Source: an uncultured Rivularia sp.
GTDB lineage: Bacteria > Cyanobacteriota > Cyanobacteriia > Cyanobacteriales > Nostocaceae
Length of the DNA: 64,000 nucleotides
Direction of reading: 5' to 3'
Assembly (NCBI GenBank): GCA_963665115.1
Contig: OY762007.1
Coordinates: 2,624,001 to 2,688,000 of the forward strand
Shown: one piece after another, positions 53,222 through 64,000 of the stretch
Numbering within the stretch: position 1 is the first letter of the stretch
How the letters are laid out: each line of letters starts with the position of its first letter
Made by a program: the position numbers and the translations under genes
Notes under the pieces: generated by a model
Told to the model about the DNA's origin: nothing
What the model saw: the letters and a program-made list of their open reading frames with translations, nothing else
Databases searched by the model: none

Positions 53222-53384
53222 CGGGATGTTTTTCCTTTATGCTTACGGTTAGACTTCAAAGAATCGCGTTTCTTTGCTATGCAAAGTGCATTCTTGGCGG
53301 CACTTAAAGCGATAGGCAAGAGCTTGATAAAGCTTCACCGTACTAATGGATAGCTGAGTTGAAAGCCACCCGACAAACATCCCG
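53222..53384 (-). ncRNA. Candidate structured RNA in the hisIE-hemL divergent intergenic region
   Basis: 10-bp closing stem CGGGATGTTT/AAACATCCCG encloses TACGGT/ACCGTA and four hairpins. G-U pairs favour the minus strand. Confidence 0.5.
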
Positions 53385-53564
53385 AACAGCCTTACTAGTA
53401 ACGATTACGAATCTCAATACAGAAGATCCCGATCTGACTTACATAACAAATTGTTATTTTCCAGGAAACGCGCTAGTTCAGCTAATTTATTACGATATAA
53501 GTTTGAAGCAGTATTAGCCCCTATCCAAAGATAGACCATTATTATTACACTCTAGGAGACAGCC

Positions 53565-54864
53565 TTGGTAAATACAACGATTAAAACTACCAAATCACAA
53601 GAAATCTTTTCAGCCGCTCAAAGCTTGATGCCGGGAGGAGTGAATTCTCCCGTCCGCGCGTTCAAATCTGTAGGTGGTCAACCTATAGTTTTTGACAGCG
53701 TAAAAGGTGCTTACATTTGGGATGTAGATGGTAATCAGTACATAGATTATGTGGGTACATGGGGCCCCGGCAATTTGCGGTCATGCCAATCCAGAAGTTA
53801 TCGCCGCGCTGCATGAAGCTCTCGAAAAAGGTACCAGTTTTGGTGCCCCTTCAGTATTAGAAAATGTTTTGGCAGAAATGGTCATTGATGCCGTTCCCAG
53901 TATTGAAATGGTAAGATTTGTTAATTCTGGAACCGAAGCCTGTATGGCCGTCTTAAGGCTGATGAGAGCTTTTACCAAACGAGACAAAATTATCAAATTT
54001 GAAGGCTGTTACCACGGTCACGCGGATATGTTTTTGGTGAAAGCGGGTTCTGGGGTAGCTACCTTGGGTTTACCTGACTCTCCGGGGGTTCCCTTGGCAG
54101 TTACCAGCGACACCCTAACCGCACCTTTTAACGATCTAGAAGCCGTAAAATTACTATTTGAAGAAAACCGCGATCAAATTGCTGGGGTAATTTTAGAGCC
54201 AGTGGTAGGAAATGCTGGTTTTGTTCCTCCTGATGCTGGATTTTTGGAAGGATTGCGCGAAATAACTCAGGAACACGGCGCATTATTGGTATTCGATGAA
54301 GTGATGACAGGTTTCCGTATCTCCTACGGTGGCGCTCAAGAAAAGTTCGGCGTTACTCCCGATTTAACTACTTTAGGTAAAATTATCGGTGGTGGTTTAC
54401 CTGTAGGAGCTTACGGTGGTCGTCGAGATATCATGTCTATGGTTGCACCCGCAGGACCAATGTATCAAGCCGGAACCTTAAGCGGTAATCCTTTGGCAAT
54501 GACTGCGGGCATCAAAACATTAGAATTACTGCAAAAGCCGGGTACTTACGATTACTTGGAACGAGTCACCAAAAAATTAGCCGACGGTTTATTACAAGTT
54601 GCTCGCGAAACTGGTCATGCTGCTTGTGGCGGCAATATTAGCGGAATGTTTGGTATGTTCTTCACGAGCGGCCCCGTTCATAACTACGAAGAAGCTAAAG
54701 TTTCAGATACAGCGAAATTTGGGCGCTATCATCGCGGAATGCTAGAACACGGTATTTACTTAGCACCTTCTCAATTTGAAGCTGGTTTTACCTCCATAGC
54801 TCATACTGAAGAAGATATTGAGCGAACTTTGCAAGCTGCACGAGAGGTTATGTCTGAATTGTAG
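53565..54864 (+). CDS. hemL: Glutamate-1-semialdehyde 2,1-aminomutase (+1 frameshift at 53761-53770)
   Basis: [41 protein letters not shown] and GTLSGNP. Confidence 0.95.
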
Positions 54865-54899
54865 AAAGGAATTGCGACCCAATCCCGACTAACATATTC

Positions 54900-54933
54900 A
54901 TCTATCCCATCTTATTAATAAGACGGGATAGAT
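54900..54933 (+). terminator. Hairpin after hemL
   Basis: ATCTATCCCATCTTA-TTAA-TAAGACGGGATAGAT. Confidence 0.55.
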
Positions 54934-55549
54934 CGAAATGCATAAAAATTTAGCTTCAATCGCTACAGCCACAACCACTGTGTCCGCAACCTTTTACCGT
55001 AGAGTGTCCATCAGCACAAGCTTCAGAACAATAATATTGACCATCTTTATTAACTGCACTATCAACTTTTATGATACATAAGCATTTCTCACAGGCACAT
55101 TTCATTAAATCAACAGTAGCCGTCATTTTTCCTCAATCTCCAAAAAAATAGTTTTCAAAAACATTACAGAATACCTGAACAGATATTCATATATCAAATT
55201 CTAGCATATATTTTAGTTGTAAATCTCGAATCAGGAAATGATAAACCGAGTTGTTGGGTATTTACAATTCTCATAAGTTATTCGCATTGCGATTTAACTT
55301 CTACTTTTGAATTAAATTTTTAAATTAGATCAACTACATCGACAAAAAATAATCAAAATCAAAAATAGACAAAAATATTTATAAAATTCCGTATTTACAC
55401 TATAGGTTGTGCAAATATTACTTAAACTTTAGAAACTCTTCAAAACAAACCCAGCAATTTGCACCTGGCAGCAAGGAATTCATATCTTAATAATAGAAAT
55501 AGAGTAATTGCTCCCCGTTATTATTTTTTTTGTAGCGAGTTGACAGTGC

Positions 55550-57166
55550 ATGAGCTACTGCTTAAATCCCAACTGTCCCAACCCAGAAAACTTGCCTTTT
55601 ACCGAAAGATGCCAATCTTGTGGGGCGCGAATATTGTTGCGCGAGCGTTACCGAGTTACCAAATCATTAGGTCAAGGTGGCTTCGGAGCGACTTTTCTCG
55701 CACTAGACGAAGCTTTACCTGGAGAGCCCAGTTGCGTAATCAAGCAACTGCGTCCTTCTGGAACTTCACCCCATGTTTTACAAATGGCGCGGGAATTATT
55801 TGAGCGAGAAGCCGTAACCCTGGGTAGGATTGGGAATCACCCCCAAGTTCCACGTTTGCTAGACTATTTTGAAGACCGCGAACATTTCTATTTAATTCAG
55901 GAATACGTTCATGGTTCAACTATACAGCAGGAGGTAAAACATAGCGGAACATCAACCGAGGCAGGAGTAAAGCAGTTTTTGAGTGAAATTTTACCATTAC
56001 TGCAATATATACACTCCCAGAAAGTAATTCACCGCGATATCAAACCCGCAAACTTGATTCGTCGCGCTCAAGATGCCAGATTAGTTCTGATAGATTTTGG
56101 TGCCGTCAAAAATCAAGTTAATCAAACAGCCGCGATGCAATCAGGACAAACAGCATTAACTGCGTATGCTATTGGTACTCCTGGTTTTGCGCCTCCCGAA
56201 CAAATGGCAATGCGTCCGGTTTACGGTAGCGATATTTATGCTTTAGGGATTACCTGTATATACTTATTAACTGGTAAATCTCCCAAGGATTTAGAATACA
56301 ATCCGGCAACGGGTGAAGTGATGTGGCAACACCTCGTACACGCGAGCGATCACTTTGCACAAGTACTAGCAAAAATGATGGATGTGTCGGTTCATAACCG
56401 CTATCAGTCTGCGGATGAAGTACTTAGAGCGTTGGAGATGGAGCCTTATTTAGATAGCTTGGCTTCTGGTTTAGCTGCTCCATCAAATCCTGGTAGTAGC
56501 CCTAGAACTTCGACTGGCGTTGTAGATGCTACAAATACAACGAATAACTCCTCTACTAGTTTCTCTAGTGCTGGAGTAGCTCAAGTCGCAGCAGCTATTC
56601 GAGCTAGAAAAGCCAAGGCTGCTTCTGGCACTGCTGTACGAACTAGAAGAGGAAACAATCGCGTTTTAACATCTAACACAGCAGCCTCTGTATCCGATTC
56701 GGGTAAATCTTCCAATGGAAGATCGCAAGCGCAGCGTCGCTTAAATTCTGAAAGCTTACTTACAGCTTATTTGAAGGGAAGACGGGATTTTGCTTTACAT
56801 AATTTGAGCCTACTAAGTTTACAAGGCTCCGATTTATCAGAAACAAATTTTCATTCTTCTAAGTTTGAAAAAACTAACCTTCAAAGTGCAAATCTTTACA
56901 ATAGCGACTTTGGACGAGCTAACTTGAACAAAGCAAATCTTAGAGATGCGAACTTAAGTAAAGCTTATTTCAATCATGCCGATTTAGAATTAGCAGATCT
57001 TCGAGGTGCAGACCTCAGCTATGCTCATCTGAGTAATGCTAATCTCCGTGGAGCTAATTTGTGTGGCGCGAATCTGACAGGAGCTAAAGTAACTCCCGAA
57101 CAGTTAGCATTAGCTAAAACCAATTGGATGACTATACGTCCTAATGGAAGAAGAGGTTTATTATGA
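55550..57166 (+). CDS. Ser/Thr kinase with N-terminal 4-Cys motif and C-terminal pentapeptide repeats (SpkB-like)
   Basis: YCLNPNC...CQSCG, GQGGFG, HRDIKPAN and DFG, followed by A(N/D)Lxx repeats. Confidence 0.9.
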   Translation: MSYCLNPNCPNPENLPFTERCQSCGARILLRERYRVTKSLGQGGFGATFLALDEALPGEPSCVIKQLRPSGTSPHVLQMARELFEREAVTLGRIGNHPQVPRLLDYFEDREHFYLIQEYVHGSTIQQEVKHSGTSTEAGVKQFLSEILPLLQYIHSQKVIHRDIKPANLIRRAQDARLVLIDFGAVKNQVNQTAAMQSGQTALTAYAIGTPGFAPPEQMAMRPVYGSDIYALGITCIYLLTGKSPKDLEYNPATGEVMWQHLVHASDHFAQVLAKMMDVSVHNRYQSADEVLRALEMEPYLDSLASGLAAPSNPGSSPRTSTGVVDATNTTNNSSTSFSSAGVAQVAAAIRARKAKAASGTAVRTRRGNNRVLTSNTAASVSDSGKSSNGRSQAQRRLNSESLLTAYLKGRRDFALHNLSLLSLQGSDLSETNFHSSKFEKTNLQSANLYNSDFGRANLNKANLRDANLSKAYFNHADLELADLRGADLSYAHLSNANLRGANLCGANLTGAKVTPEQLALAKTNWMTIRPNGRRGLL

Positions 57167-57518
57167 TTTGACGTGCTGAAAATAAAACAGTAAATCGTTT
57201 TATTTAAATTTCAGTCATTATAAGCCTCTATATATTCGATGGAAAGAATCAGTTAAGCGAAAATTTGTGCTTTCGATAAGATACCAATCTTAAAAACGAC
57301 GAAAACAGCTTCGCCTGCAATAATGCCGGGATATAGTAAATAGAACTGGGTTGTTAAAAGTCATTAATCTCCATATTTATTATAGATAAATATATGCTGC
57401 TTTCGTAGCAAATTTACAATAAAAAAGATTTTGCGATTAAAATTGTATAGTTCAACTTCATCTTCCTCTATAATTCCTTTAACTTTAGGATTACTATAGA
57501 GGAGTCTTTGTTTTTAAT

Positions 57519-57642
57519 TAAGTAGGTTGGCGTTGAAAATCGTAATTAGGACAAGGGAGTAGGGAGTAGGAAGTATAGGTCAGATTTTGAGCTAATATAT
57601 CCGAATGTTACATAGCTAAGTTTATTTGTGCCGACTTAGTTA
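57519..57642. mobile_element. Degenerate MITE
   Basis: Imperfect TIRs TAAGTAGGTTGGCG / TGCCGACTTAGTTA with internal GGGAGTA heptamers. Confidence 0.5.
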
Positions 57643-58334
57643 GCATTGTTAACATAAATCAGTTCTGACCGATGCAAACGCCGGCGATCGCACAAAATTA
57701 GATTTATTTATGCTTTTATACTTACCAAAATAAATAATTGTTCTTAACAATATGCGCTGTATGTGGAAAATACTGATGAAAAACATTTTATAGGTCATCA
57801 GTTTTAATTATATACCTATTCCTCTATATAAAATTAATCTGTGAACATTCTAACTAATATTTCTACAAAATATCTATCTGAAGATATATATGTGTTTATC
57901 CTTTCTTGATAACCTCTACTCTAGGACTGATTACGTTAAAAAATCACTTAAGATACTTTGAATAAAGAATTCTCATACAAAGTATAAAATGATGTATAAT
58001 ATAGAACAGCACCGCAAAAGATTAAGCTTGTTAAATAAATGTTTCATTATGTTGCTCCATAATATCTGTATTAATAACTATAGATAAATTCTTATTCAAG
58101 GATTTATCATAATTGAGCGTACTTTTGATCGCCTTAATATAGCTAAAAGGTAATTCTGACCTTAACTTAATTTCAATAAGAATACGTCAGAACTTACGCG
58201 AAGCCTCCCCTATTGGCAAGGAGAATTGGAGAATTTTGACAGCCTGAATGCTTAACTCAACGTAATATTAAGGTATGTTCTATGTGTATAAAAAATACAA
58301 ATAATTAGTTCCGATTTTAGACACAGATCAAGTA

Positions 58335-59138
58335 GTGATGAGCAATATTAGCGAGTTAAATTTTTTATCAGTGAAAGGCTCACTTGTAACGCCCGAATCT
58401 ATTCCAGAGGAGCTACAACGGCGATTAAGTCTATATCAGCTTTTTGTCAAATTGTATGAGAATCATGGCAGTCTCTTAGAGCAGATTCTTCAATTAGAAA
58501 ACTTATCGGGATCTTCGTTGAATGTAGCACAGTCGCATTATATACAGGCTGTTATTGATAGAAGAACGATTCACTTAACTACGAACTTATGTGATGGTAA
58601 AAGTCAAAGTTTGCGGCAGTCTCAGAATACTTGGACTATCGGGCGCGATCGCAACAGTGGAATTCATCTTAATAGTAAGTATGTATCTCGTCGTCATGCT
58701 GCGATTCGATATATTGAGCAAGGCTTTTATTTAGTAGATTTTAACAGTACTAACGGTACTTATATTAACGGCGAACACATTTATCGCCCAACTAAGCTTA
58801 AAGAAGGAGATATTGTTCGGGTAGGAAATATCACTTTTTCTTTTTTCATCAATCAAAGTTGCTCTGTTTTACCTACAGTAGCAGTAGAGTTATTAATGCA
58901 GTTGATACCTAAAACAGGTAATGATAATGCCCTTCGCGATGAAATAACGAAATTAAATTCATATTATAAAAGCAAAACGAAAACTCGAAAGCTTGATGAT
59001 AGCGAGTATATTAAAGAAGACACTGAGTGCAATCAAATAGCGCTAATGCACACTTTTGAACAGCAGTTAAGTCAAGATTTGAAATCTGACATTTTAGACC
59101 GCTTTTATAGTAAGCAAGCACCTAAAGATTTAGTTTAA
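58335..59138 (+). CDS. FHA-domain protein
   Basis: WTIGR, VSRRHA, DFNSTNGTYING and LKEGDIVRVG. Confidence 0.9.
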   Translation: MMSNISELNFLSVKGSLVTPESIPEELQRRLSLYQLFVKLYENHGSLLEQILQLENLSGSSLNVAQSHYIQAVIDRRTIHLTTNLCDGKSQSLRQSQNTWTIGRDRNSGIHLNSKYVSRRHAAIRYIEQGFYLVDFNSTNGTYINGEHIYRPTKLKEGDIVRVGNITFSFFINQSCSVLPTVAVELLMQLIPKTGNDNALRDEITKLNSYYKSKTKTRKLDDSEYIKEDTECNQIALMHTFEQQLSQDLKSDILDRFYSKQAPKDLV

Positions 59139-59187
59139 TAAAAGTACTTTAACGGTAACAGGGAACGCGGAATGGGGGAAATAGTAA

Positions 59188-59340
59188 TAAGTTGTTACGC
59201 ATTTAGTTTGTATAAGACTAGCGAGCAAGATGCTTGTCCTGGCGGGACACGCTGCGTTAGCGGAGCGAGACGATAGTCTTAGGCAGCACTACAATATTTT
59301 CAGGTTTTAGCATTACGCAATTTAGCTGCATATCAGCTTA
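59188..59340. mobile_element. MITE with a nested small repeat
   Basis: Imperfect TIRs TAAGTTGTTACGCATTTAGTTTG / CAATTTAGCTGCATATCAGCTTA; contains a copy of the 26-nt element at 59235-59261. Confidence 0.55.
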
Positions 59341-59742
59341 TGTTTCTTAAAAAGATATATTATAGTTATTTCAAATAAAAAACAGATGGTTGGTAGTGGG
59401 AGCAAGATAGGCAAATGATAGCGAAGACAGCTATTCCGCCAAATGTAATAAAAAAGCTTTTTACAAACATGAGTAAAGACGGCTAAGAATTATTAGTCGT
59501 CCTGAATAAATAAAATTTTATTAAAAAGTATAAAGTCCAATTAATTGCTTATAATACAGCTAGCAATTTGGAAATGAATACATTTTCGGTCAGAACGATA
59601 TTTTAGCTTCAGAAATGAATGCCAGATATCGTGCGAAGGCAATTTGCGTTTAAATTTAAATTGCCCCGCACGAATTATCAACTATCTATTACTTAGCTCT
59701 ACAAATATAATAAGTCCTCATTCCGTCCGGCGATCGATAGTG

Positions 59743-60831
59743 TTATTCTTCCTCTAATTCTTCCTCGTCGTCATCCTCATCTTCATCGCTTGGTTGTCCC
59801 ACGGAGTTAGCAGAAACAACAGCGCCTAATTCTAACTTTTCCAGTACCTTTTGCCTAATTTCTTCGAGCATTTCCGGCTTTTCTTCAAGGTATTTAATAG
59901 CGTTATCCCTTCCTTGAGAAATATTATCACCATTGTAACTGTACCAAGCTCCCTTACGATTGATAACGCTAGTTTCTTCTGCTAAGTCAACAATACAACC
60001 CAGAGTAGAAATACCTTTACCAAAAATTACGTCAAACTCGGCAATTCTAAAAGGTGGTGCAACCTTATTTTTAGCAACCTTGACTTTTACGCGAATACCG
60101 AATTCTTCCGTACCTTTTTTCAAGGTTTGAATGCGTCGAATATCCAAACGCACCGAAGAATAATATTTTAAAGCGTTACCACCAGTAGTGGTTTCTGGAT
60201 TACCATAGCTAATACCAATTTTCATCCGCAACTGGTTGATAAACATGACCGTGCAGCCGGATTTACCAATATTACCAGTAATTTTACGCAAAGCCTGGCT
60301 CATCAATCGCGCTTGAAGACCGACGTGAGTGTCGCCCATATCGCCTTCAATTTCTGCACGGGGAACTAGTGCTGCTACTGAGTCAATCACCACAATGTCA
60401 ACCGCAGCAGAACGCACTAATTGGTCTACGATTTCTAAAGCAGATTCTCCAGTGTCTGGTTGGGAGATTAACAAGTTTTCAATATCAACACCCAAAGCCG
60501 CAGCATAGGTAGGATCGAGAGCGTGTTCTGCGTCTACATAAGCTGCGATTCCACCTTCTTTTTGTACTTCAGCAACCGCGTGCAGCGCTACGGTTGTTTT
60601 ACCAGAACTTTCTGGGCCATAAATTTCAACTACTCGTCCCTTTGGTAAACCACCACCTAATGCTAAATCTAAGGTAAGTGCGCCCGAAGAAATCGTCTCT
60701 ACACGCATCCGGGTTGCATCCCCAAGACGCATTATTGTACCTTTACCAAAAGTTTTCTCTATCTGGCTAAGCACCATGTTGAGCGCTTTTTGCTTGCCTG
60801 CATTCTCTTTGCTATCAGTGTTAACCGCCAT
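59743..60831 (-). CDS. recA: Recombinase RecA
   Basis: [26 protein letters not shown] and [17 protein letters not shown]. Confidence 0.99.
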   Translation of the reverse strand: MAVNTDSKENAGKQKALNMVLSQIEKTFGKGTIMRLGDATRMRVETISSGALTLDLALGGGLPKGRVVEIYGPESSGKTTVALHAVAEVQKEGGIAAYVDAEHALDPTYAAALGVDIENLLISQPDTGESALEIVDQLVRSAAVDIVVIDSVAALVPRAEIEGDMGDTHVGLQARLMSQALRKITGNIGKSGCTVMFINQLRMKIGISYGNPETTTGGNALKYYSSVRLDIRRIQTLKKGTEEFGIRVKVKVAKNKVAPPFRIAEFDVIFGKGISTLGCIVDLAEETSVINRKGAWYSYNGDNISQGRDNAIKYLEEKPEMLEEIRQKVLEKLELGAVVSANSVGQPSDEDEDDDEEELEEE

Positions 60832-60881
60832 TTGAGCCTCTAAATATATTGATTGTTCAGTTTTGACTTGATAATTTTAAT

Positions 60882-60895
60882 AGAACATATATACT
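60882..60895 (-). promoter_or_regulatory. LexA (SOS) box upstream of recA
   Basis: AGTATATATGTTCT on the minus strand, one mismatch to the cyanobacterial consensus RGTAC-N3-DGTWCB, ~50 bp upstream of the recA ATG. Confidence 0.75.
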
Positions 60896-61345
60896 ATCAC
60901 GCATCTTAGCACTGCCGAACGCTATATAGTTTAATTGGGTATTCAAAGAATTTTAAAAGTATTAAAATTGATGCCCAGACAAGGTTTCGGATAAATGTTT
61001 ATTAGTCTAAATTGGGTACAAGGTAATAGCGATCGTTGAATAAATTATTTTACATCTATTTACATAAATATTAATTTCTCTCGACTTGCGATCGCGGCTC
61101 AATTCAGGGAATGATTTGATGTAGCCCGAAGCGAACATTAACGCGATTTAAATGAATCAGTTGAACTTCTTCCGGTAAAGACTTGACCGATTTATTTCTT
61201 GCTTGCGTGTGTATTATAGTACTTGCCCGAAGGTTTTATTGTAATTGAAAAGGTTGAATTAAATCTTTAATTTAGATTGTATTCTGAATTATCCAACTAC
61301 GGAAAATATTAATTTATTATTCAGTATTATCCACCATCACAGAAA

Positions 61346-61912
61346 CTATATGGAAGCCTTGGCATTTGAAAGCAATGTAATGATATTCTCTCCTACAGCT
61401 TCTGGGGATTGACTGCCGTCGATAGTCAACAAACGATGACGACGGTCATAATATTCTAATATAGGAACCGTGCGGTCGTAGAAAAGTTCAACGCGACGCT
61501 GGACAATTTCTTGTTGATCGTCGGGTTGCGAACGTTCTAAAGAACGATTCACCATCACGGCTTCTGGAACTTGTAAATATATTGCCCAGTTTAACCTGTG
61601 TTTTAAGTCATCGAGTAAAAAATCCAATTCTTCGGCTTGAAAAGCGGTGCGGGGATAGCCTTCAAGAACCCAACCATTACTTAGCTCGGGCTGTCGTAAA
61701 TAATTGCGAATTAAATCAATCATCAACTCGTCAGAAACTAATTCACCCGTTGCGATGGCATACCGTGCATTTTCGCCTAATTCGTCTAACCTTGATGTCG
61801 CTTGCCTTAAAACTTCACCTGTGGAAATTATAGGTACATTAAAGTGTCTGCTGAGATTTTCTGCTTGAGTACTTTTACCGGAACCGGAACCGCCCAAAAA
61901 AACAAATCTCAT
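61346..61912 (-). CDS. Adenylate kinase family protein (short LID)
   Basis: LGGSGSGKSTQA, ISTGEVLR, GELVSD and LEGYPRT. Start is set at MRFVFL. Confidence 0.85.
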   Translation of the reverse strand: MRFVFLGGSGSGKSTQAENLSRHFNVPIISTGEVLRQATSRLDELGENARYAIATGELVSDELMIDLIRNYLRQPELSNGWVLEGYPRTAFQAEELDFLLDDLKHRLNWAIYLQVPEAVMVNRSLERSQPDDQQEIVQRRVELFYDRTVPILEYYDRRHRLLTIDGSQSPEAVGENIITLLSNAKASI

Positions 61913-62289
61913 TGTATAATCAACCTCTCTAACCATCATTAAATATATGTTTATTTGCAACATTTATCCGTTATCTTATAAGTGCGACAGAAGAATACCC
62001 CTCCTAAATAATTAAAATTTTCAACAGATCGCAGCTAATTTTTAAGCATTATTGATAAATTTAACTCTAGTATAAAGGACGTTTTTATTTTTACCGGCTC
62101 TTGCTTTTCTGGCAATATAAATATAAATTTTAATAGCTATTGACTTAAGCGCAAACGTAGTGATTGACTAAGAATGCAGCTAATCTATTATTGCTACATA
62201 GGTCTGTAGCTCAACTTTATTCACAAGTAATTTTGAAAGAAATTACCTCAGCGAAAATACTGATTTACCGTGTTTTTTCACATTAATTT

Positions 62290-62826
62290 ATGGTTGCTCA
62301 GCTAGAAACTTCAAGTGTAAATTCGACCGTTAGTTTATCACATACAGTGAAGGGATTAGTACAAGTTTTTACTAGTTCCTCTCGTAGCTTTTTTACTAGT
62401 GTAATGGCGCAAGCACTGAGAATTGCCGGTCAAGGTACCCCAGTTTTGATTGTGCAATTTCTCAAAGGTGGTATTCGTCAGGGACAAAATAACCCCGTCG
62501 TGCTAGGACAAAATTTGAATTGGATTCGTTGTGACTTACCGCGTTGCATCGACACACCACAATTAGACGATACTGAGACTGAAGCATTGCATTCATTGTG
62601 GCAGCATACACTGAATGTAGTGAACGAAGGTAAGTATTCTCTCGTTGTATTAGATGAATTAAGCCTCGCAATGAACTTCGGTTTGATTCCCGAAACAGAA
62701 GTTTTAGAATTTTTGACTAAGCGTCCCCAAAACGTTGACATTATTCTGACAGGAGCGGAAATGCCTAAATCTATTTTGGATTTTGCAGACGAAATTACAG
62801 AAATTCGTCGCCCGAATCGGCTGTAG
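62290..62826 (+). CDS. CobA/CobO/BtuR-like adenosyltransferase-fold protein with a degenerate P-loop
   Basis: GLVQVFT, ALRIAGQG, VQFLKGG, LVVLDEL and ILTG; lacks GxGKGKT. Confidence 0.75.
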   Translation: MVAQLETSSVNSTVSLSHTVKGLVQVFTSSSRSFFTSVMAQALRIAGQGTPVLIVQFLKGGIRQGQNNPVVLGQNLNWIRCDLPRCIDTPQLDDTETEALHSLWQHTLNVVNEGKYSLVVLDELSLAMNFGLIPETEVLEFLTKRPQNVDIILTGAEMPKSILDFADEITEIRRPNRL

Positions 62827-62877
62827 AAGAGGATGGGGAGATGCGAATAAAGTTAGGAGTTAAAAGTTATGAGATTT

Positions 62878-62913
62878 TTAACCTTTAACCTGCAACCTTT
62901 AACCTTTAACCTG
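62878..62913. repeat. STRR-type heptamer array (TTTAACC)n
   Basis: Five tandem 7-mers. Confidence 0.85.
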
Positions 62914-62923
62914 TATTAACTCT

Positions 62924-63523
62924 GTGATTAAAAACGATATTTGGATTTCTAAAATGGCTCAAAAGGGTATGATTGCTCCTTTTGAAGCTAGTTTGATTAG
63001 AGAAGTTAAATGTGACGAAGGCAGTTTAGCTCGTCGCGTAATTAGTTATGGGTTGTCTTCCTACGGTTACGATATACGTCTTTCTCCTACGGAGTTTCGT
63101 ATCTTCAAACATATTCCTGGAACTGTAGTAGATCCTAAAAATTTTAAGGAGCAAAATTTAGAATCAACAGCGTTACACACTTCGGTAGGGGGCGATTATT
63201 TTATCTTACCCGCTCATTCTTATGGTTTAGGTGTTGCTTTAGAAAGGCTGGAAGTTCCAGATAATATTTCGGTAATTTGTATCGGTAAATCTACATATGC
63301 TCGCTGTGGAATAATAGCTAATCTTACACCAGCAGAAGCGGCATGGCGGGGTCATTTAACTTTGGAATTTTCTAATTCTTCCAGTGCAGACTGTCGCATT
63401 TACGCTAATGAAGGTGTAGTGCAGTTATTATTCTTGGAAGGTGAGCCTTGCGCTATTAGTTACGAAGCTCGCCAAGGTAAATACCAAGATCAACCTGAGA
63501 AAGTTACAATAGCCAGAATTTAA
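62924..63523 (+). CDS. dcd: dCTP deaminase
   Basis: ISYGLSSYGYDIRL, GKSTYARCG, TLEFSN, YANEG and KYQDQ. Confidence 0.95.
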   Translation: MIKNDIWISKMAQKGMIAPFEASLIREVKCDEGSLARRVISYGLSSYGYDIRLSPTEFRIFKHIPGTVVDPKNFKEQNLESTALHTSVGGDYFILPAHSYGLGVALERLEVPDNISVICIGKSTYARCGIIANLTPAEAAWRGHLTLEFSNSSSADCRIYANEGVVQLLFLEGEPCAISYEARQGKYQDQPEKVTIARI

Positions 63524-63567
63524 ATCAATTGGTAATTGGTAATTGTTCACTGCTCATTGATAACTGA

Positions 63568-64000
63568 TTACGGCGCTAATCTTGCTTTGCCTAAACGATG
63601 AGATTTGTACCATTCTGCTATGTCTGGAACCCAGTTTTCAAAGTGAATTAACATTAGTTCGCATAGCTTTTGAATCTCTAGTTGAGCGTCTTTTTTGTTC
63701 CTCATATCTAAGAAATGCATTAAAGAGCGTAAGTTTAAGCTCACTATAAAATGCTGCCGATAGTCAAATGGCATTTTCCCTCTAATGTGTTCTTCGGAAA
63801 TGCCGTTGTCAAAATCGATTTTGTAATGTTTGACAGCTTCCATACACCACTTTAAATCGGCTTGCCTTTGTTCTGGTGAATAGTAATATTTTTTGCCTTG
63901 ACGATTAGTATAATAATCTACAGGACGTAGATAAAAAACATCTTCTATATCTTTTTCCCCTTCTGCTACTTTTAGAAATTGTTCTGAAGTGTATCTAAAG
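63568..64000 (-). CDS. thyX: Flavin-dependent thymidylate synthase, 3' part (runs off the window)
   Basis: Open frame to the window edge: FRYT...EEHIRG..P...NLRSLMHFLDMR..KDAQLEI...RLGKARLAP; adjacent to dcd. Confidence 0.85.
   Translation of the reverse strand, partial: FRYTSEQFLKVAEGEKDIEDVFYLRPVDYYTNRQGKKYYYSPEQRQADLKWCMEAVKHYKIDFDNGISEEHIRGKMPFDYRQHFIVSLNLRSLMHFLDMRNKKDAQLEIQKLCELMLIHFENWVPDIAEWYKSHRLGKARLAP

Noticed and set aside
3846..54864. Calling the split genes pseudogenes or programmed frameshifts
   Set aside because: All breaks are short homopolymer indels without other decay, and one is in hemL. Sequencing error is the simpler explanation.
466..62741. Dozens of 60-116 aa ORFs antisense to or overlapping the long genes
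   Set aside because: They are shadows of real CDSs with no recognisable motifs.
62878..62913. TTTAACCT repeats as a Pho box before dcd
   Set aside because: The period is 7 bp (STRR), not 11 bp.

Overview
AT-rich cyanobacterial chromosome segment, probably a filamentous Nostocales-type organism (inferred from many HIP1 GCGATCGC sites, heptamer STRR arrays and gene content). Bases ~0.4-40.8 kb form an accessory island of large, acidic, Ca-binding proteins without Sec signal peptides: a phytase-like/GDPD fusion, three alkaline phosphatases (one atypical), an EEP-nuclease/phytase/GDSL megaprotein, a GDSL esterase, a double serine hydrolase, and CAP and VWA proteins. Eight of them end in either an RTX-type tail or a DUF4114-type tail. 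The island also holds a PPIase-HlyB-HlyD type I secretion operon, and 11-bp-periodic Pho (SphR)-type boxes precede all five phosphoesterase genes. Bases ~41-64 kb are mostly core genes (hppD, HAD, CPP1-like, OmpR regulator, MFS, hisIE, hemL, Ser/Thr kinase, FHA, recA, adk-like, CobO-like, dcd, thyX). Nine frameshifts sit in short homopolymers, one of them in hemL, and are most likely sequencing errors. Intergenic DNA carries MITEs with target-site duplications, REP/SDR-like repeats, a phased DnaA-box cluster and three candidate structured RNAs. All family assignments come from motif recognition by eye; no database search was run.
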